Shown one piece after another: positions 7,492 through 17,619 of a stretch of 64,000 bases of DNA (its first letter is position 1; every line of letters begins with the position of its first letter). The notes beneath the pieces are model-generated. The model was not told where the DNA came from. It saw nothing but the letters and a program-made list of their open reading frames with translations, and searched no databases. Origin of the DNA: an uncultured Spirochaetales bacterium (GTDB taxonomy: Bacteria; Spirochaetota; Spirochaetia; Sphaerochaetales; Sphaerochaetaceae); NCBI GenBank assembly GCA_949288415.1, contig CASEKE010000010.1, forward strand, positions 1,979-65,978, written 5' to 3'. The translations under genes and the position numbers were made by a program.

Positions 7492-9648
7492 ATGGTCACA
7501 ATGAAAGACATTGCTAAAGAAGCAGGAGTATCCCATGGAACTGTTTCAAACGTACTAAACAAGACAGGTAAGGTCAGTTCTGACAAAATCAGGCGTGTCG
7601 AAGAAGCTGCAAAACGTCTTGGATACAAAGCAAATGTCCAGGCACAGATGCTGAAACTCGGAGGGGCACGAAATGTCGCACTTGTTCTTCCATCGATAAC
7701 CATCAAACACTTCTTCACTATCTACGAAACGCTGAGGAACGAGCTTGATAGATCGGAAATAGATCTTCAGCTCTATACTACGGAAGATATTCCAGCAATC
7801 GAACAGAAAATTCTCGACCGAATCTACGAAACACGTCCAGGGTTGATAATCAGCTGTTCTTCGATGAAACAGACTTCATCTTATCTCAACGACATTCCTG
7901 TAATTTTTATCGATCGTTTTCTCCCCAAGAATGGGAAAAACTTTTTTCATGCCGGATTTTCCTACTATGAAGCAGGAAAGGATATAGGAAAATATCTTCT
8001 GTCGAACAAAAAAAAGGAAATTGCCATTTTCGCATCATCATCGTCCTCGTTCGACTATACGCAATTCCAGCTTGGATTGTCGGAAGTTTTAGGATCTTCC
8101 TTTCCAATGGACTTTTATCTTTCCGATATAAAATTCATGATGGGCAAAGCTATGCAGCTTGCTTCGGAAGCCAGTCGTTACGACGCCATAATCGCCATGG
8201 ACTACAACAGAGCTCAAGCTCTAAGAATGGCAAACAACTACACGAAAACTATGGATTTTCCTGAGATTCTATGTATTGCGGACAACGACATGTTCGAGGA
8301 TTCATCATGCACCCTGTATCACCTCGATTACGGAAAGCTCGGAAGAAATATTGCAGGCATTGCCTCGTCATTCATCAAGGGAGGCGTTCCCCTGCATGAT
8401 CTTTTGATGAGGAATACCGGATTTCGCGGTAGGCCCTGTTTCCAGAGAAGAGACGGAGAAACCCTGTCGATATTGACTCTCGAGTCCCCGGCATCGGAAG
8501 CCCTGTCAAGACTTCTTCCCAAGTTCCAGGAAAAAACAGGCATAAAGGTCTGTCTTTCCTGTCTTCCATATGACGAACTTTACAGGACCATAAAAGAAGA
8601 TGGAAATGCCTCGTCCCGATACGATCTTATCCGTCTTGACATGGCATGGCTCCCTGAAATCGCAGAGTCAAAACTTCTTCCGTTATCAGATGCAAAAAGC
8701 GATTTGCAGGATATCTCCAGTTCTTTCATTCCTGAACTCAGCGACGAGTACAGCAAGGTAGATGGGACGATATACGCCCTTCCGTTCGATCCTTCTGTAC
8801 AAATTCTCTTTTATAACAGCGAAGCCTTTGAAAACAGTAGAATACAGCGTCTTTTCTATGAAACATGCAAAGAGAAGCTGGATGTGCCTTCGACCTTTGG
8901 AAAACACGATAAAGTTGCAGAGTTTTTTACAAGAAGTATCAATCCGGATTCTCCTGTCTCTTATGGAACAACGGTGACATGCGGGACAAGCGGTGTTGCA
9001 GCATGTGATTTCTTGCCTCGTCTGACAGAGGACAAATCCCATCTGGAAATAGCACAAATCTTTCTATCGACAAGTACCATGCAAGCTCTTGATGCCTACA
9101 AAGCCTCGTTTGAATATACAAGAAAAAATATCAATACCTGGTGGAAAAGCGCCATAGAAGATTTCAGCAACGGGGATATAGCCATGCTTACGGTATTCAT
9201 GAACCATGCATCCAAGATCACCAACAGCAAACATTCGAAGATCATTGGCAAGGTAGGATTTTCAAAGGTTCCTGGAGGTCATCCCCTTCTCGGAGGTGGA
9301 AGCATCGGCATAGGAAAGCATTCAAGGAAAATCGATCCGGCCATTCAGTTCCTCAAATGGGTATACAGTGACGAAATAGCGAGATTATACACATTTTTCG
9401 GCGGAATTTCTCCAAACGGAATTGTCTATGAAGATCCGGAGATACTTGGAATCTATCCATGGCTTTCCATAGCGAGGGACAGCTTCAGGGAAGGACGCAG
9501 GAGATTTGCAGATCCACTGGAAGCCAAGAATCAGAAAGCGCTCGAAGACGTTCTCGGAATTGCTGTAAGAAATGTCGTGCTTTCTTCGGAGACTGCAGAA
9601 TCGGCAATTGGCAAGGCAAAGAAAAAAATTTCCGAGATTCTCGGGTAA
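7492..9648 (+). CDS. LacI-family transcriptional regulator fused to a C-terminal solute-binding-protein-like domain
   Basis: N-terminal HTH (MKDIAKEAGVSHGTVSNVLNK) and a LacI-type sugar-binding core occupy about aa 1-330. About aa 340-718 resemble family-1 extracellular SBPs (KVCLSCLPYDELYRTI, DLIRLDMAWLPE). No signal peptide or TM segment. Confidence 0.8.
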   Translation: MVTMKDIAKEAGVSHGTVSNVLNKTGKVSSDKIRRVEEAAKRLGYKANVQAQMLKLGGARNVALVLPSITIKHFFTIYETLRNELDRSEIDLQLYTTEDIPAIEQKILDRIYETRPGLIISCSSMKQTSSYLNDIPVIFIDRFLPKNGKNFFHAGFSYYEAGKDIGKYLLSNKKKEIAIFASSSSSFDYTQFQLGLSEVLGSSFPMDFYLSDIKFMMGKAMQLASEASRYDAIIAMDYNRAQALRMANNYTKTMDFPEILCIADNDMFEDSSCTLYHLDYGKLGRNIAGIASSFIKGGVPLHDLLMRNTGFRGRPCFQRRDGETLSILTLESPASEALSRLLPKFQEKTGIKVCLSCLPYDELYRTIKEDGNASSRYDLIRLDMAWLPEIAESKLLPLSDAKSDLQDISSSFIPELSDEYSKVDGTIYALPFDPSVQILFYNSEAFENSRIQRLFYETCKEKLDVPSTFGKHDKVAEFFTRSINPDSPVSYGTTVTCGTSGVAACDFLPRLTEDKSHLEIAQIFLSTSTMQALDAYKASFEYTRKNINTWWKSAIEDFSNGDIAMLTVFMNHASKITNSKHSKIIGKVGFSKVPGGHPLLGGGSIGIGKHSRKIDPAIQFLKWVYSDEIARLYTFFGGISPNGIVYEDPEILGIYPWLSIARDSFREGRRRFADPLEAKNQKALEDVLGIAVRNVVLSSETAESAIGKAKKKISEILG

Positions 9649-9800
9649 AACACCTGTGTCTGGGAAGAAAATTGCTATCCTTTTTTGAACTGCTGGATCG
9701 TGGCTATGCCTCAAATTTGTTCCAAGTGATGTGACGACCTTTCCCGGCAAAGCGACTTTATTGTATGGTCTAACAACGGTACTTGGAATATAATGCAGAC

Positions 9801-10619
9801 ATGATCAAATATGAATTCAAAAAAGCCGACAATCTATGCGAAGGCGTAGAGAATCTTTACGAGATAGTCACTCTTCTCAGAAGTCCCGAAGGGTGCCCTT
9901 GGGACAGGAAACAGACGAACAAGTCGATTGCCGAAGACCTGATCGACGAGGCATATGAATATCAGGACGGAGTCCTGAGGCATTCCGTCGAATCGCAGCG
10001 CGAGGAGATTGGCGATGTGATGATAAACGTTTTCATGACGATGCTGATTCACAGCGAAAAAAACGAGTTCACTCCCGTCGATGCGCTCAATGAAGTATGC
10101 GAGAAGCTTGTCAGACGACATCCTCATGTCTTTTCATCAATCGAAGCTGCAAATGCCGAGGAGGCTCTTGGAGTCTGGAACAGCGTCAAGGAGAAAATTG
10201 AAGGGAGAAAGGAGAAGAAACACGATTTCTTCGAGCATATCCCGTCGAGTCTTCCGCCGCTGGAGGAAGCCTACGAGATACAGAAGAAGCTCAGGAAGGT
10301 CGGTTTCGACTGGACTGAAGTCCAGCCGGTCATAGAAAAGGTTCAGGAGGAGCTTGAAGAGCTTCTCAGGGCGATAGACAACGAGGACCAGGACAACATA
10401 GAGGAAGAAGTGGGAGACCTTCTATTTTCCGTCGTGAACCTCTCCCGTTTCCTCAAGGTACGTCCATCTACTGCAATGAGAAGATGCAACATCAAGGTTC
10501 GAAGCCGTTTCCAGAAACTATTCGATCTGGCTGAAGAAAGAGGAATTCCTCTGGACAAGGAACACTTTGCGCAGATGGACGCCCTGTGGGACGAAATCAA
10601 GGCTGCAGAGAGGTACTGA
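9801..10619 (+). CDS. mazG: Nucleoside triphosphate pyrophosphohydrolase MazG
   Basis: Two tandem MazG repeats (CPWDRKQT, EE.GDV/EEVGDLLF motifs). The track start 9783 is TTG, and the first ATG is at 9801. Confidence 0.88.
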   Translation: MIKYEFKKADNLCEGVENLYEIVTLLRSPEGCPWDRKQTNKSIAEDLIDEAYEYQDGVLRHSVESQREEIGDVMINVFMTMLIHSEKNEFTPVDALNEVCEKLVRRHPHVFSSIEAANAEEALGVWNSVKEKIEGRKEKKHDFFEHIPSSLPPLEEAYEIQKKLRKVGFDWTEVQPVIEKVQEELEELLRAIDNEDQDNIEEEVGDLLFSVVNLSRFLKVRPSTAMRRCNIKVRSRFQKLFDLAEERGIPLDKEHFAQMDALWDEIKAAERY

Positions 10620-11418
10620 TGGCCCGCTCTCCGAGTTCAACAAGGCGAAGATTGGCTTGGATCGGAAAATCCTGCATGCACTGCGACCAGTAGAACTTTG
10701 CCATGAGCCTGTTGTTCATGCTGTACATGAGATCACCGATCAGAAGCATGTAGGATGTATCTCCCAGATTTCCTTTCTCGACGAGAGGAAGGAGGAGCGA
10801 GGATTCGCCCCGATTTATGAAAAGCGGGATAGCCAGCTTCATTGCCCTGACGAAATCGCCTGATAGTCCTGATACGGAATACAGCGATTCGAGAGAATAC
10901 AGAATCCTGGTGCTGTCCGTCTCTGCGATTATATCCATGATGGCTTCCTCGAACGGATTGAGGAGGTTCTTAAGCTCGGCATAGAGTTCGTCCGCCTCTT
11001 CCGTCGCTCCGGATCTGGAAAGACGCTGGAACATCATTATCTTGTCCTGCTTGCTCAGCTGGGATTCTTCGGAAAGGTATCTTCCGGATTCTATGGCAAC
11101 GTCGTCGTCGCTCCGATCGGCGGTATGAAGGATTATCCTATGGCTCTGTGCCGCATAATCGCTGTCGTCGTAGACAAGGCTGAACAGTCTTGCGGCTGCG
11201 TATGATTCATCCATATCGCCTTCGACATAATATGCCAGGGCACGATAATAGAGCGCATCCTCGTCAAGTCCCTCAGAGAGGACCGTTTCCGCATTTGCAA
11301 GAATATCGTCGAATCTTCCTTCCTCGTATGCGCTTCTGTAGTCGAATGAACTTTTCGAGCATGCAGAGACAAAAAAACACAGGAGGAAGATGGCAGCAAG
11401 CATTTTCTTTCCGTTCAT
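10597..11418 (-). CDS. Putative lipoprotein, helical-repeat, unknown function
   Basis: Signal peptide with lipobox VSA-C. 273 aa. Its 3' end overlaps the mazG 3' end by 23 nt (convergent). Confidence 0.7.
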   Translation of the reverse strand: MNGKKMLAAIFLLCFFVSACSKSSFDYRSAYEEGRFDDILANAETVLSEGLDEDALYYRALAYYVEGDMDESYAAARLFSLVYDDSDYAAQSHRIILHTADRSDDDVAIESGRYLSEESQLSKQDKIMMFQRLSRSGATEEADELYAELKNLLNPFEEAIMDIIAETDSTRILYSLESLYSVSGLSGDFVRAMKLAIPLFINRGESSLLLPLVEKGNLGDTSYMLLIGDLMYSMNNRLMAKFYWSQCMQDFPIQANLRLVELGERAISTSLQP

Positions 11419-11441
11419 CCATTTCCTCCTGCTTGGAAAAA

Positions 11442-11795
11442 AGATCAGGTCCCCGATAAGCCGAGTTCTGTTTATGTAATCATCTATCTCGGATAGCGGT
11501 TACCCGCTACCTCTAGCAGCCTACCCGTAACTATAGGCGGACAACCCAGTTACTGCTTGGCCTTGCACCTGACGAGGTTTACCATGCCATCCCTGTCACC
11601 AGGAATGCGGTGGGCTCTTGCCCCACCCTTTCACCCTTACCTTTCGGCGGTCTGCTTTCTGTTGCACTTTCTGTAGCATTGCTGCTCCTGGCCGTTAGCC
11701 AGCGTCATGTCCTGCGGTGCCCGGACTTTCCTCTAACCTGTAGCGATTACTTCGGAGGCCTGAAATTGCATAGTTCGATGAAGGCCGGAGATCAG
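11442..11795 (-). ncRNA. rnpB: RNase P RNA, bacterial type A
   Basis: The reverse complement carries GAGGAAAGTCCGGGC (P4), GGTAAGGGTGAAAGGGTG, GTGCAAGGCCAA, GGGTAGGCTGCT and ACAGAACTCGGCTTATCG. These are colinear with E. coli M1 RNA. Ends are approximate. Confidence 0.95.
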
Positions 11796-12667
11796 AAATC
11801 CTCGAAGCCTTCTCCCATGCCCATGGATTCGTCGTAGCTGTCCTCGCTTCCGGAGCTCTGTGCTTCTTCGGCAGATGCAACCTTGCCGTCGCTCTTCGTG
11901 GGCTCGAGCTGTTCGAAGATATAGGATCTCTCCTGTTCCTCGTCAAGCTCCTGCTTGTAGATTATCCTCGAACAGTACGGGCAGTATTCGATCTCGCCGT
12001 TCATGTTCTTGAGCTCGAGATCGATGACGAACTGCATTGGAAGAATGAGATTGCATCCCGTGCAGACCTGTCCGTATACTGGCACTATGCCGTACCCGTG
12101 CTTCTTGCGGACGATGTTCGAGAACTTTTCGTATAGATCGTCGGAGATGACACCTTCCCTGATGTCGTTGCATTCGGCCTCGAGAGTCGTGATGCGATTG
12201 CGGATCTCAATGATCTGGTCATCTACCTTGTCCTTCTCCTCGTTGACGACAGCCTGTGTCTGGTTTACGACTTCTTCCTGCGCCTCAAGCTCCGCCTTGA
12301 TCTTTTCAAGCTCTACGTTCTTGCTGTTGCGCTGCTTGAGGAGCGTCTGCTCACTGATCTTCGCATCGTCGAGCTGCTTCGTAAGAGCCTCGTATTCCCT
12401 CTGGGTCGTTATGAACTCCATCTGCTTTTCGAACTCGATCCGCTGGTTGAATGCGTCGTCGTATCTGATCGCCAGAGACTTCTGCTCGTTTGTAAGATTG
12501 TCGAATTTCTCCTTGAGCTCCTGATATTTGTCGGTAGCCTCCTTGAGGTTGGCTTCCTTTGCGCGGAGGTCGGCAGGAATGGATTCGATCTGATCCTCGT
12601 AGACGAACTTCTTCTGAAGAACTTCCTGCAACCTGCTGAGACACTCAAGTTTCTTGTTCTGTGACAT
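11792..12667 (-). CDS. Coiled-coil zinc-ribbon protein (COG1579/DUF164-like)
   Basis: Long heptad-rich N-terminal region followed by C4 ribbon CTGC...CPYC. Acidic C-terminal tail. Confidence 0.8.
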   Translation of the reverse strand: MSQNKKLECLSRLQEVLQKKFVYEDQIESIPADLRAKEANLKEATDKYQELKEKFDNLTNEQKSLAIRYDDAFNQRIEFEKQMEFITTQREYEALTKQLDDAKISEQTLLKQRNSKNVELEKIKAELEAQEEVVNQTQAVVNEEKDKVDDQIIEIRNRITTLEAECNDIREGVISDDLYEKFSNIVRKKHGYGIVPVYGQVCTGCNLILPMQFVIDLELKNMNGEIEYCPYCSRIIYKQELDEEQERSYIFEQLEPTKSDGKVASAEEAQSSGSEDSYDESMGMGEGFEDF

Positions 12668-12725
12668 ATGCTGACATCTCTCCTAATCTAAACTAGTGTA
12701 TGATAACGTTTTTTTACCTTTTAAT

Positions 12726-15167
12726 CTACTCGTTCCAGTCCTTGAGTTTCTTGCTGCGGGTCGGGAATCTGAGCCGTCTGAGGGCCTTCGCCTCGATCTG
12801 CCTGATACGCTCCCTCGTCACGTCGAAATAGAGTCCGACCTCCTCGAGCGTGAGGGCATAGCCGTCATCGAGGCCGAACCTCATCCTGAGTACTTCCTGC
12901 TCTCTTTCAGGCAGTTCGGACAGAAGCTCCTTGATTTTGTCCTGAAGCATGACGAACGCAGTCTGGTTGGCAGGATTCTCCGCATCCTTGTCCTCGATGA
13001 AGTCGGAAAGTACGCTGTCCTCCTCCTCTCCGACAGGAGTTTCGAGGCTGATCGGCTCCCTTGCGACGCTCTTGACGTTCTTGACCTTGCTTTCGGGCCA
13101 GTTAAGATGGTCCGCAATCTCCTTGTCTGTCGGTTCACGTCCTAGCGACTGCATCAGGACCCTGCTCTCCCTGACGACCTTGTTGATCTGCTCGATCATG
13201 TGGACAGGTACCCTGATTGTCCTTGCCTGGTCGGATATGCTCCTCGTGATGGCCTGCCTTATCCACCAAGTGGCATAAGTGGAGAACTTGAAGCCCTTCA
13301 TGTACTCGAACTTCTCTACTGCCTTGATGAGGCCTATATTGCCTTCCTGGACAAGATCGAAGAACTGGAGACCCCTGTTCGTGTACTTCTTTGCGATCGA
13401 TACGACGAGGCGCAGATTGGCCTTTATAAGCCTGTCCTTCGCATTCTTGAGAATTCTCTGGCCGTATTCTATGTTCTTCACGCAATCGAGAATCTGATCG
13501 ATCGAGCATTCGAAATCGTATTCTATGCTTCTCAGCTCCTTTTCCGTAAGCTGGAGCTCCTTGATCTCGTCCTTGATCTGGTCGCTGGTCATCTCGAGAG
13601 AATCCTCTATGGCCTGGGCCTTCGACCTTGTCGCAAGATCTCGGCCGAGCTGTCTGAGCTCCTTCATGCTGTTGATCTTCAGCTTGCGGATGCTGGCGGC
13701 CTTCTTCACGGTGCAGCGGTTGATCTTCTCCTTCGCATCGAGGAACAGGGCCGTAAGGTCGTCGATCTCCTCCTTCTGGAACTCTATCGGCGAATACCAG
13801 TCGGCAATCGGGATGTACTGTCCGCTCTTGAGAGTATCAAGATCCTTTGTAAGGTCGTGGAACTTCTTGGCAAGAGCCTGCTCGTTGACGCTGTTGTCCT
13901 CCTTGACCTTCCGGTGGATCTTTGCCATCTCCTTGTCGAGATCGGACTTCTTCATGTCCGGATGCTCTGCACGGAAAGTTTCGTCGAGCTTCTCCACGTC
14001 CTTCTGGATTTTCTGATTGAGCTCGTCCTCTTCCTTCTTGAGTTTCCTGAGCTGCGATTCTATATCGGCCCTGAGTGCTGTTCTTGTCTTGTCGCGGCAG
14101 TAGTCGAGCCATGCCTCTCTGCTCGGGAAATCGGTTCTCTTCTTGCCCTTGAATGTCTTGCTGTCCTCCAGAGGATATCCGCCAAGACGCCCGAGGAGCT
14201 CCTCTCTAAGCCTGAGAAGCTCCTCATGCTGCTCCACATCCTCGCCTGAAAGCGCAAGTTTGCTCTTCAGCTCGTTGTAGTCCTTAAGAAGTCTTCCCGT
14301 TTCCTTGCCGAGCGCTTCCTTGTAGTGGGAATTGTAGCGCTTCTGCACGGAAAGGAACTCCTTGAGATCTTCGGTTGAAAGCGGATCCTCACCGTCTTCC
14401 TCGATCTTGGTCTGCATGTGCTTTATGACCTTCGTGAAGAAATTTATGAGAATACCGTTCTCTCGGATGACGGAGTTGACGATCGCCGCACCGCGTTCCA
14501 TTTGCATGGCCAGTTCGACTTCCTGATCGCCGGTAAGAAGGCTTTCGTTACCGATTTCCTTCAGATATAGCCTTATCGGATCATCGACACTCGTTTCTAT
14601 CTTGTTGGAACTATGGCTCTTGTGCTCGACGCCGTGCTCGGAGAAATTGGAAATGTCGATGAAGCGTTCACCGGAGGCATCTCCTTCGTCGTCGGTACCT
14701 TTCCACTCGTTTATTCCAGGCTCTTCGCCTTCGTCGTCGGAAAGATCATCCTCTTCATCCTCGTCTTCGTCCTTGTCCTCGTCGCTTTTCTCCTCATCCT
14801 CTTCGTCCTGGTCGAGAATGGTCGAAGAGTCGTCGTCTTCGTCTATGTCGTTTCTGGAAAGGAAGTCATCCTCTTCCTCCTCGTCTTCCAGCTCCTCGTC
14901 CTCATCCTCTTCCTCCGCAAGTTCGTCATCGGTGAAATCGGACTCGAGATCTTCAGGGGATGGAACGTCGAACGAATCGTCGCTGTCCTCGCTGTAGTTG
15001 ATTCCGTCCTCGCCGAGCTGGGTGATGATGGCATCGAGATCCCCCACCTGTGCCTTGTTGTTTTTGATAGCGGCAATGATGTCTTCGAATGTGACTACTC
15101 CGGATTCCTTTGCAATCTGGACAAGATCCTGATAAAAAGGTTGATTCTTGAAATCTTCCTGTGCCAT
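12726..15167 (-). CDS. rpoD: RNA polymerase primary sigma factor RpoD, with expanded acidic region
   Basis: C-terminal regions 1.2-4.2 are canonical ([30 protein letters not shown]...[17 protein letters not shown]). 813 aa. Directly follows dnaG (TAG then ATG). Confidence 0.97.
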   Translation of the reverse strand: MAQEDFKNQPFYQDLVQIAKESGVVTFEDIIAAIKNNKAQVGDLDAIITQLGEDGINYSEDSDDSFDVPSPEDLESDFTDDELAEEEDEDEELEDEEEEDDFLSRNDIDEDDDSSTILDQDEEDEEKSDEDKDEDEDEEDDLSDDEGEEPGINEWKGTDDEGDASGERFIDISNFSEHGVEHKSHSSNKIETSVDDPIRLYLKEIGNESLLTGDQEVELAMQMERGAAIVNSVIRENGILINFFTKVIKHMQTKIEEDGEDPLSTEDLKEFLSVQKRYNSHYKEALGKETGRLLKDYNELKSKLALSGEDVEQHEELLRLREELLGRLGGYPLEDSKTFKGKKRTDFPSREAWLDYCRDKTRTALRADIESQLRKLKKEEDELNQKIQKDVEKLDETFRAEHPDMKKSDLDKEMAKIHRKVKEDNSVNEQALAKKFHDLTKDLDTLKSGQYIPIADWYSPIEFQKEEIDDLTALFLDAKEKINRCTVKKAASIRKLKINSMKELRQLGRDLATRSKAQAIEDSLEMTSDQIKDEIKELQLTEKELRSIEYDFECSIDQILDCVKNIEYGQRILKNAKDRLIKANLRLVVSIAKKYTNRGLQFFDLVQEGNIGLIKAVEKFEYMKGFKFSTYATWWIRQAITRSISDQARTIRVPVHMIEQINKVVRESRVLMQSLGREPTDKEIADHLNWPESKVKNVKSVAREPISLETPVGEEEDSVLSDFIEDKDAENPANQTAFVMLQDKIKELLSELPEREQEVLRMRFGLDDGYALTLEEVGLYFDVTRERIRQIEAKALRRLRFPTRSKKLKDWNE

Positions 15168-16988
15168 CTACACTCCCTCTCCGTTATACAGCTTGTTTTT
15201 CAAAGCTGATATCTCCTTGTCAAGTTCCTTTTTGCTTTCCAGAAGTTCCACGAGCTTCTCCTCGTCGGAGCCGGAAAGCGCAATCTGCGAATTGAGGCGC
15301 GCGCGCGTCTCTTCAAGCGAATGCAGCGATATTCCATCAATTATTTCATCCAGTACCGTGACCGAGGCGTTCCTGTACTCGTCGAGTGCGAACGAGGTCG
15401 ATACATAGTTCCTTACTCTATCATCGCCGATCTTCGCCAGAAAAAGTTCATCGCTTGAAACCTCATCCCTGAGAGAATTCTCCAAAGCGGAATAAAGAAT
15501 CTGGGCGTTCCTATCCTTGAGATCCCCGAAGCCGATCCTTCTTCTGTAGATCTTGAAAAGATCTCGCCTTGAGGCGAGAAGAAGCATCGCGTGGAACTCC
15601 GGACTGATTGCCGCCTGATTCAATTCCGGAATCTCTTCCTCCTCCTTTCCACTGACATCGTTTCTCCGATCCCCTTGCTCGTCTTGCACGCCATAGGAAA
15701 GATCCTTTCTGATGACTTCCTCTGAAGTATCGAGCCGGAATGCGAGATCCTTTATATAGGCATCCCTTTCAAGCTCCGTTGGAGTTGCAAGCAGAAATGG
15801 AGAAATCTCCCTCAAAAGGGCAGACTTTTCCCGAGGCATTTCAATATTATAGCGCTTCAGTAGCTTTTGAACAAGATACTGATATGCGTCAGAATAGCTT
15901 TCGAAATCTTTTTTCAATCCGAGAGAACCCATTTTTTCGAGCGTTTCGGAGGCATCCTTGCATTGTGTGAGGCGATGGACCTGTATGTCGAACCCCATCC
16001 TCTGCATTATGTCTATTACCCTGTCTGTACTCTTCTGTCCAGCTTCGTCACTGTCGAAGAGAAGCGACACCTTGTTCGTATAGCGCGAAATCAGTCTCGC
16101 CTGCTCCTGTGTGAACGACGTGCCGAGCGATGCCACCGCCGTTGTCAGACCAGCCTGATGCATCGCGATCACATCGAAATTACCCTCGCACAATATCGCG
16201 CGGGAATCCTTCTTCTTCAGCTCCGGAACCGATTCGTAAAGGCCGAACAGGTTCATCTTCTTGCTGAAGATCAATGTGTCCGGACTGTTGATGTACTTAG
16301 GTGCGTTCTCCCTTCCTGAAAGATCCCTTCCAGAAAAGGCTATCACCTGTCCCCTGACGTTCCGTACCGGAAACATCAGCCTGTCCGAGAACAGAGGCCA
16401 TCTTGGGTTGTTGCGCGAGAATAGTCCGCTCTGGGCGAGAATCTCGTCGCTGTAGCCCTTCCTGTGAAGAAAGCCGTACAGGAAATCTGGATCGGCAGGG
16501 GCATAGCCGAGCAGGAACTTCTCCGACCATGGTCCGGTAACATGCCTTTTTTCCAGATATTCGCGTGCCTTCGCCCCGTCATTGTGGCTGTTCAGCATGA
16601 AAGCGAAAGTCTTGGAAAGTCTTTCGTAGAGATCAGTAAGAATTTCTTTGTCGTTCTTCTGTTTCCGGTCATAGTCGCCGGAAGAGCTCTCGAGGACCAC
16701 GCCCGTCTTGTCGGCAAGGTATTCCACAGCCTCAGGAAAGCTCATATGCTCCATGTTCATCAGAAAAGAGAACATGTTCCCCGATGCATGGCAGCCGAAG
16801 CAATAGTAGGTACCTTTGTCGATGTCGATCTTGAACGATGGCGTCTTTTCGTTTCCGCCTCCATGGAAAGGACATTTCGCCCAGTAAGTCGACCCTTTCT
16901 GAATCAGACGGAGATACGGAGATACGACGTCCTTTATGGTGATACGGCTACGTATTTCCTCTATTGTCTTCTCTTTGAATCTAGGCAA
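15168..16988 (-). CDS. dnaG: DNA primase
   Basis: Zinc finger CPFH...CFGC, a TOPRIM region (ILCEGNFDVIAMHQAG) and the classic dnaG-rpoD pairing. Confidence 0.95.
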   Translation of the reverse strand: MPRFKEKTIEEIRSRITIKDVVSPYLRLIQKGSTYWAKCPFHGGGNEKTPSFKIDIDKGTYYCFGCHASGNMFSFLMNMEHMSFPEAVEYLADKTGVVLESSSGDYDRKQKNDKEILTDLYERLSKTFAFMLNSHNDGAKAREYLEKRHVTGPWSEKFLLGYAPADPDFLYGFLHRKGYSDEILAQSGLFSRNNPRWPLFSDRLMFPVRNVRGQVIAFSGRDLSGRENAPKYINSPDTLIFSKKMNLFGLYESVPELKKKDSRAILCEGNFDVIAMHQAGLTTAVASLGTSFTQEQARLISRYTNKVSLLFDSDEAGQKSTDRVIDIMQRMGFDIQVHRLTQCKDASETLEKMGSLGLKKDFESYSDAYQYLVQKLLKRYNIEMPREKSALLREISPFLLATPTELERDAYIKDLAFRLDTSEEVIRKDLSYGVQDEQGDRRNDVSGKEEEEIPELNQAAISPEFHAMLLLASRRDLFKIYRRRIGFGDLKDRNAQILYSALENSLRDEVSSDELFLAKIGDDRVRNYVSTSFALDEYRNASVTVLDEIIDGISLHSLEETRARLNSQIALSGSDEEKLVELLESKKELDKEISALKNKLYNGEGV

Positions 16989-17040
16989 AAGTTTTTCCCC
17001 TATGTGGATGAATATAACACGAGAAACGAAAAAAGAAAAA

Positions 17041-17481
17041 TCAGTTCTTCAAAATAATGTAGGCAGGTTCGATCTGATTGCTCTCGATGAGCTTTTCGAC
17101 CTCCTCTGCGGAATATCTGCGCCCCTTTCCGATGCCCGGACAGTTGCTCATCTCCTTCTTCCATGCCGACGGATCGTCGGCAAGCCCCTTCCAGAACGGG
17201 TATGTCGAACATTGATGCGGACGCACGTCGTAGATCGAGCAGCCGTAAGACCGAAGGAAGATGCAGTCGTAGTTGTCCCTCTCTTTGAGGGAGAACATGT
17301 AGCATGTGCCGTAATCGATCCTGCGGCAATAGATGGCCAGGAATTCCTCTTCCGTGACCCCGAGGTACGAAGCGGCCTTCTCTATGTCGGTCCTGGTCAG
17401 GAAAACATATCCCGGCTCGCCCGAGCAGCAATGCAGACATCGCTGGCAGGAAAATTGCAATTCTCTATCGCTTTTCTTCAT
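17041..17481 (-). CDS. YkgJ-family cysteine-cluster (Zn/Fe-binding) protein
   Basis: CxxCxxCC motif (SCQRCLHCCSG) plus GCSIYDVRPHQCSTYPFW. 146 aa. Confidence 0.8.
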   Translation of the reverse strand: MKKSDRELQFSCQRCLHCCSGEPGYVFLTRTDIEKAASYLGVTEEEFLAIYCRRIDYGTCYMFSLKERDNYDCIFLRSYGCSIYDVRPHQCSTYPFWKGLADDPSAWKKEMSNCPGIGKGRRYSAEEVEKLIESNQIEPAYIILKN

Positions 17482-17489
17482 CGTCAGAT

Positions 17490-17514
17490 AAAAAAAGCCT
17501 TCCTTCCGGAAGGC
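17490..17514 (-). terminator. Rho-independent terminator after tRNA-Tyr
   Basis: On minus: GCCTTCC, loop GGAA, GGAAGGC, then T7. Lies 8 nt downstream of the tRNA 3' end. Confidence 0.8.
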
Positions 17515-17521
17515 CTTGGTC

Positions 17522-17603
17522 TGGAGAGAGAAGGATTCGAACCTTCGAAGGCATAGCCGTCAGATTTACAGTCTGATCCCTTTGGCCGCTCGGGAACCTC
17601 TCC
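17522..17603 (-). tRNA. tRNA-Tyr (anticodon GTA)
   Basis: The reverse complement GGAGAGGTTCCCGAGCGGCCAAAGGGATCAGACTGTAAATCTGACGG...GGTTCGAATCCTTCTCTCTCCA is nearly colinear with E. coli tRNA-Tyr, including the long variable arm. CCA is not encoded. Confidence 0.93.
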
Positions 17604-17619
17604 GTCGTTAACCTTGATA

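Noticed and set aside
9789-9801. TATAAT located 6 nt before the mazG ATG, suggesting a leaderless transcript
   Set aside because: No acceptable -35 or extended -10 element occurs at the right spacing. A TTG start at 9783 with a leader is equally possible. It cannot be decided from sequence.
11610-11946. ORFs 11610-11837 (+) and 11695-11946 (-)
   Set aside because: They lie on top of the RNase P RNA gene and the 3' end of the zinc-ribbon gene. The conserved rnpB motifs explain the sequence.
17444-17458. Good sigma-54-like match TGGCAG-GAAAA-TTGCA on the plus strand
   Set aside because: It lies inside, and antisense to, the ykgJ-like coding sequence. It points into a terminator and the antisense of tRNA-Tyr with no downstream plus-strand gene. 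It is probably a chance match.
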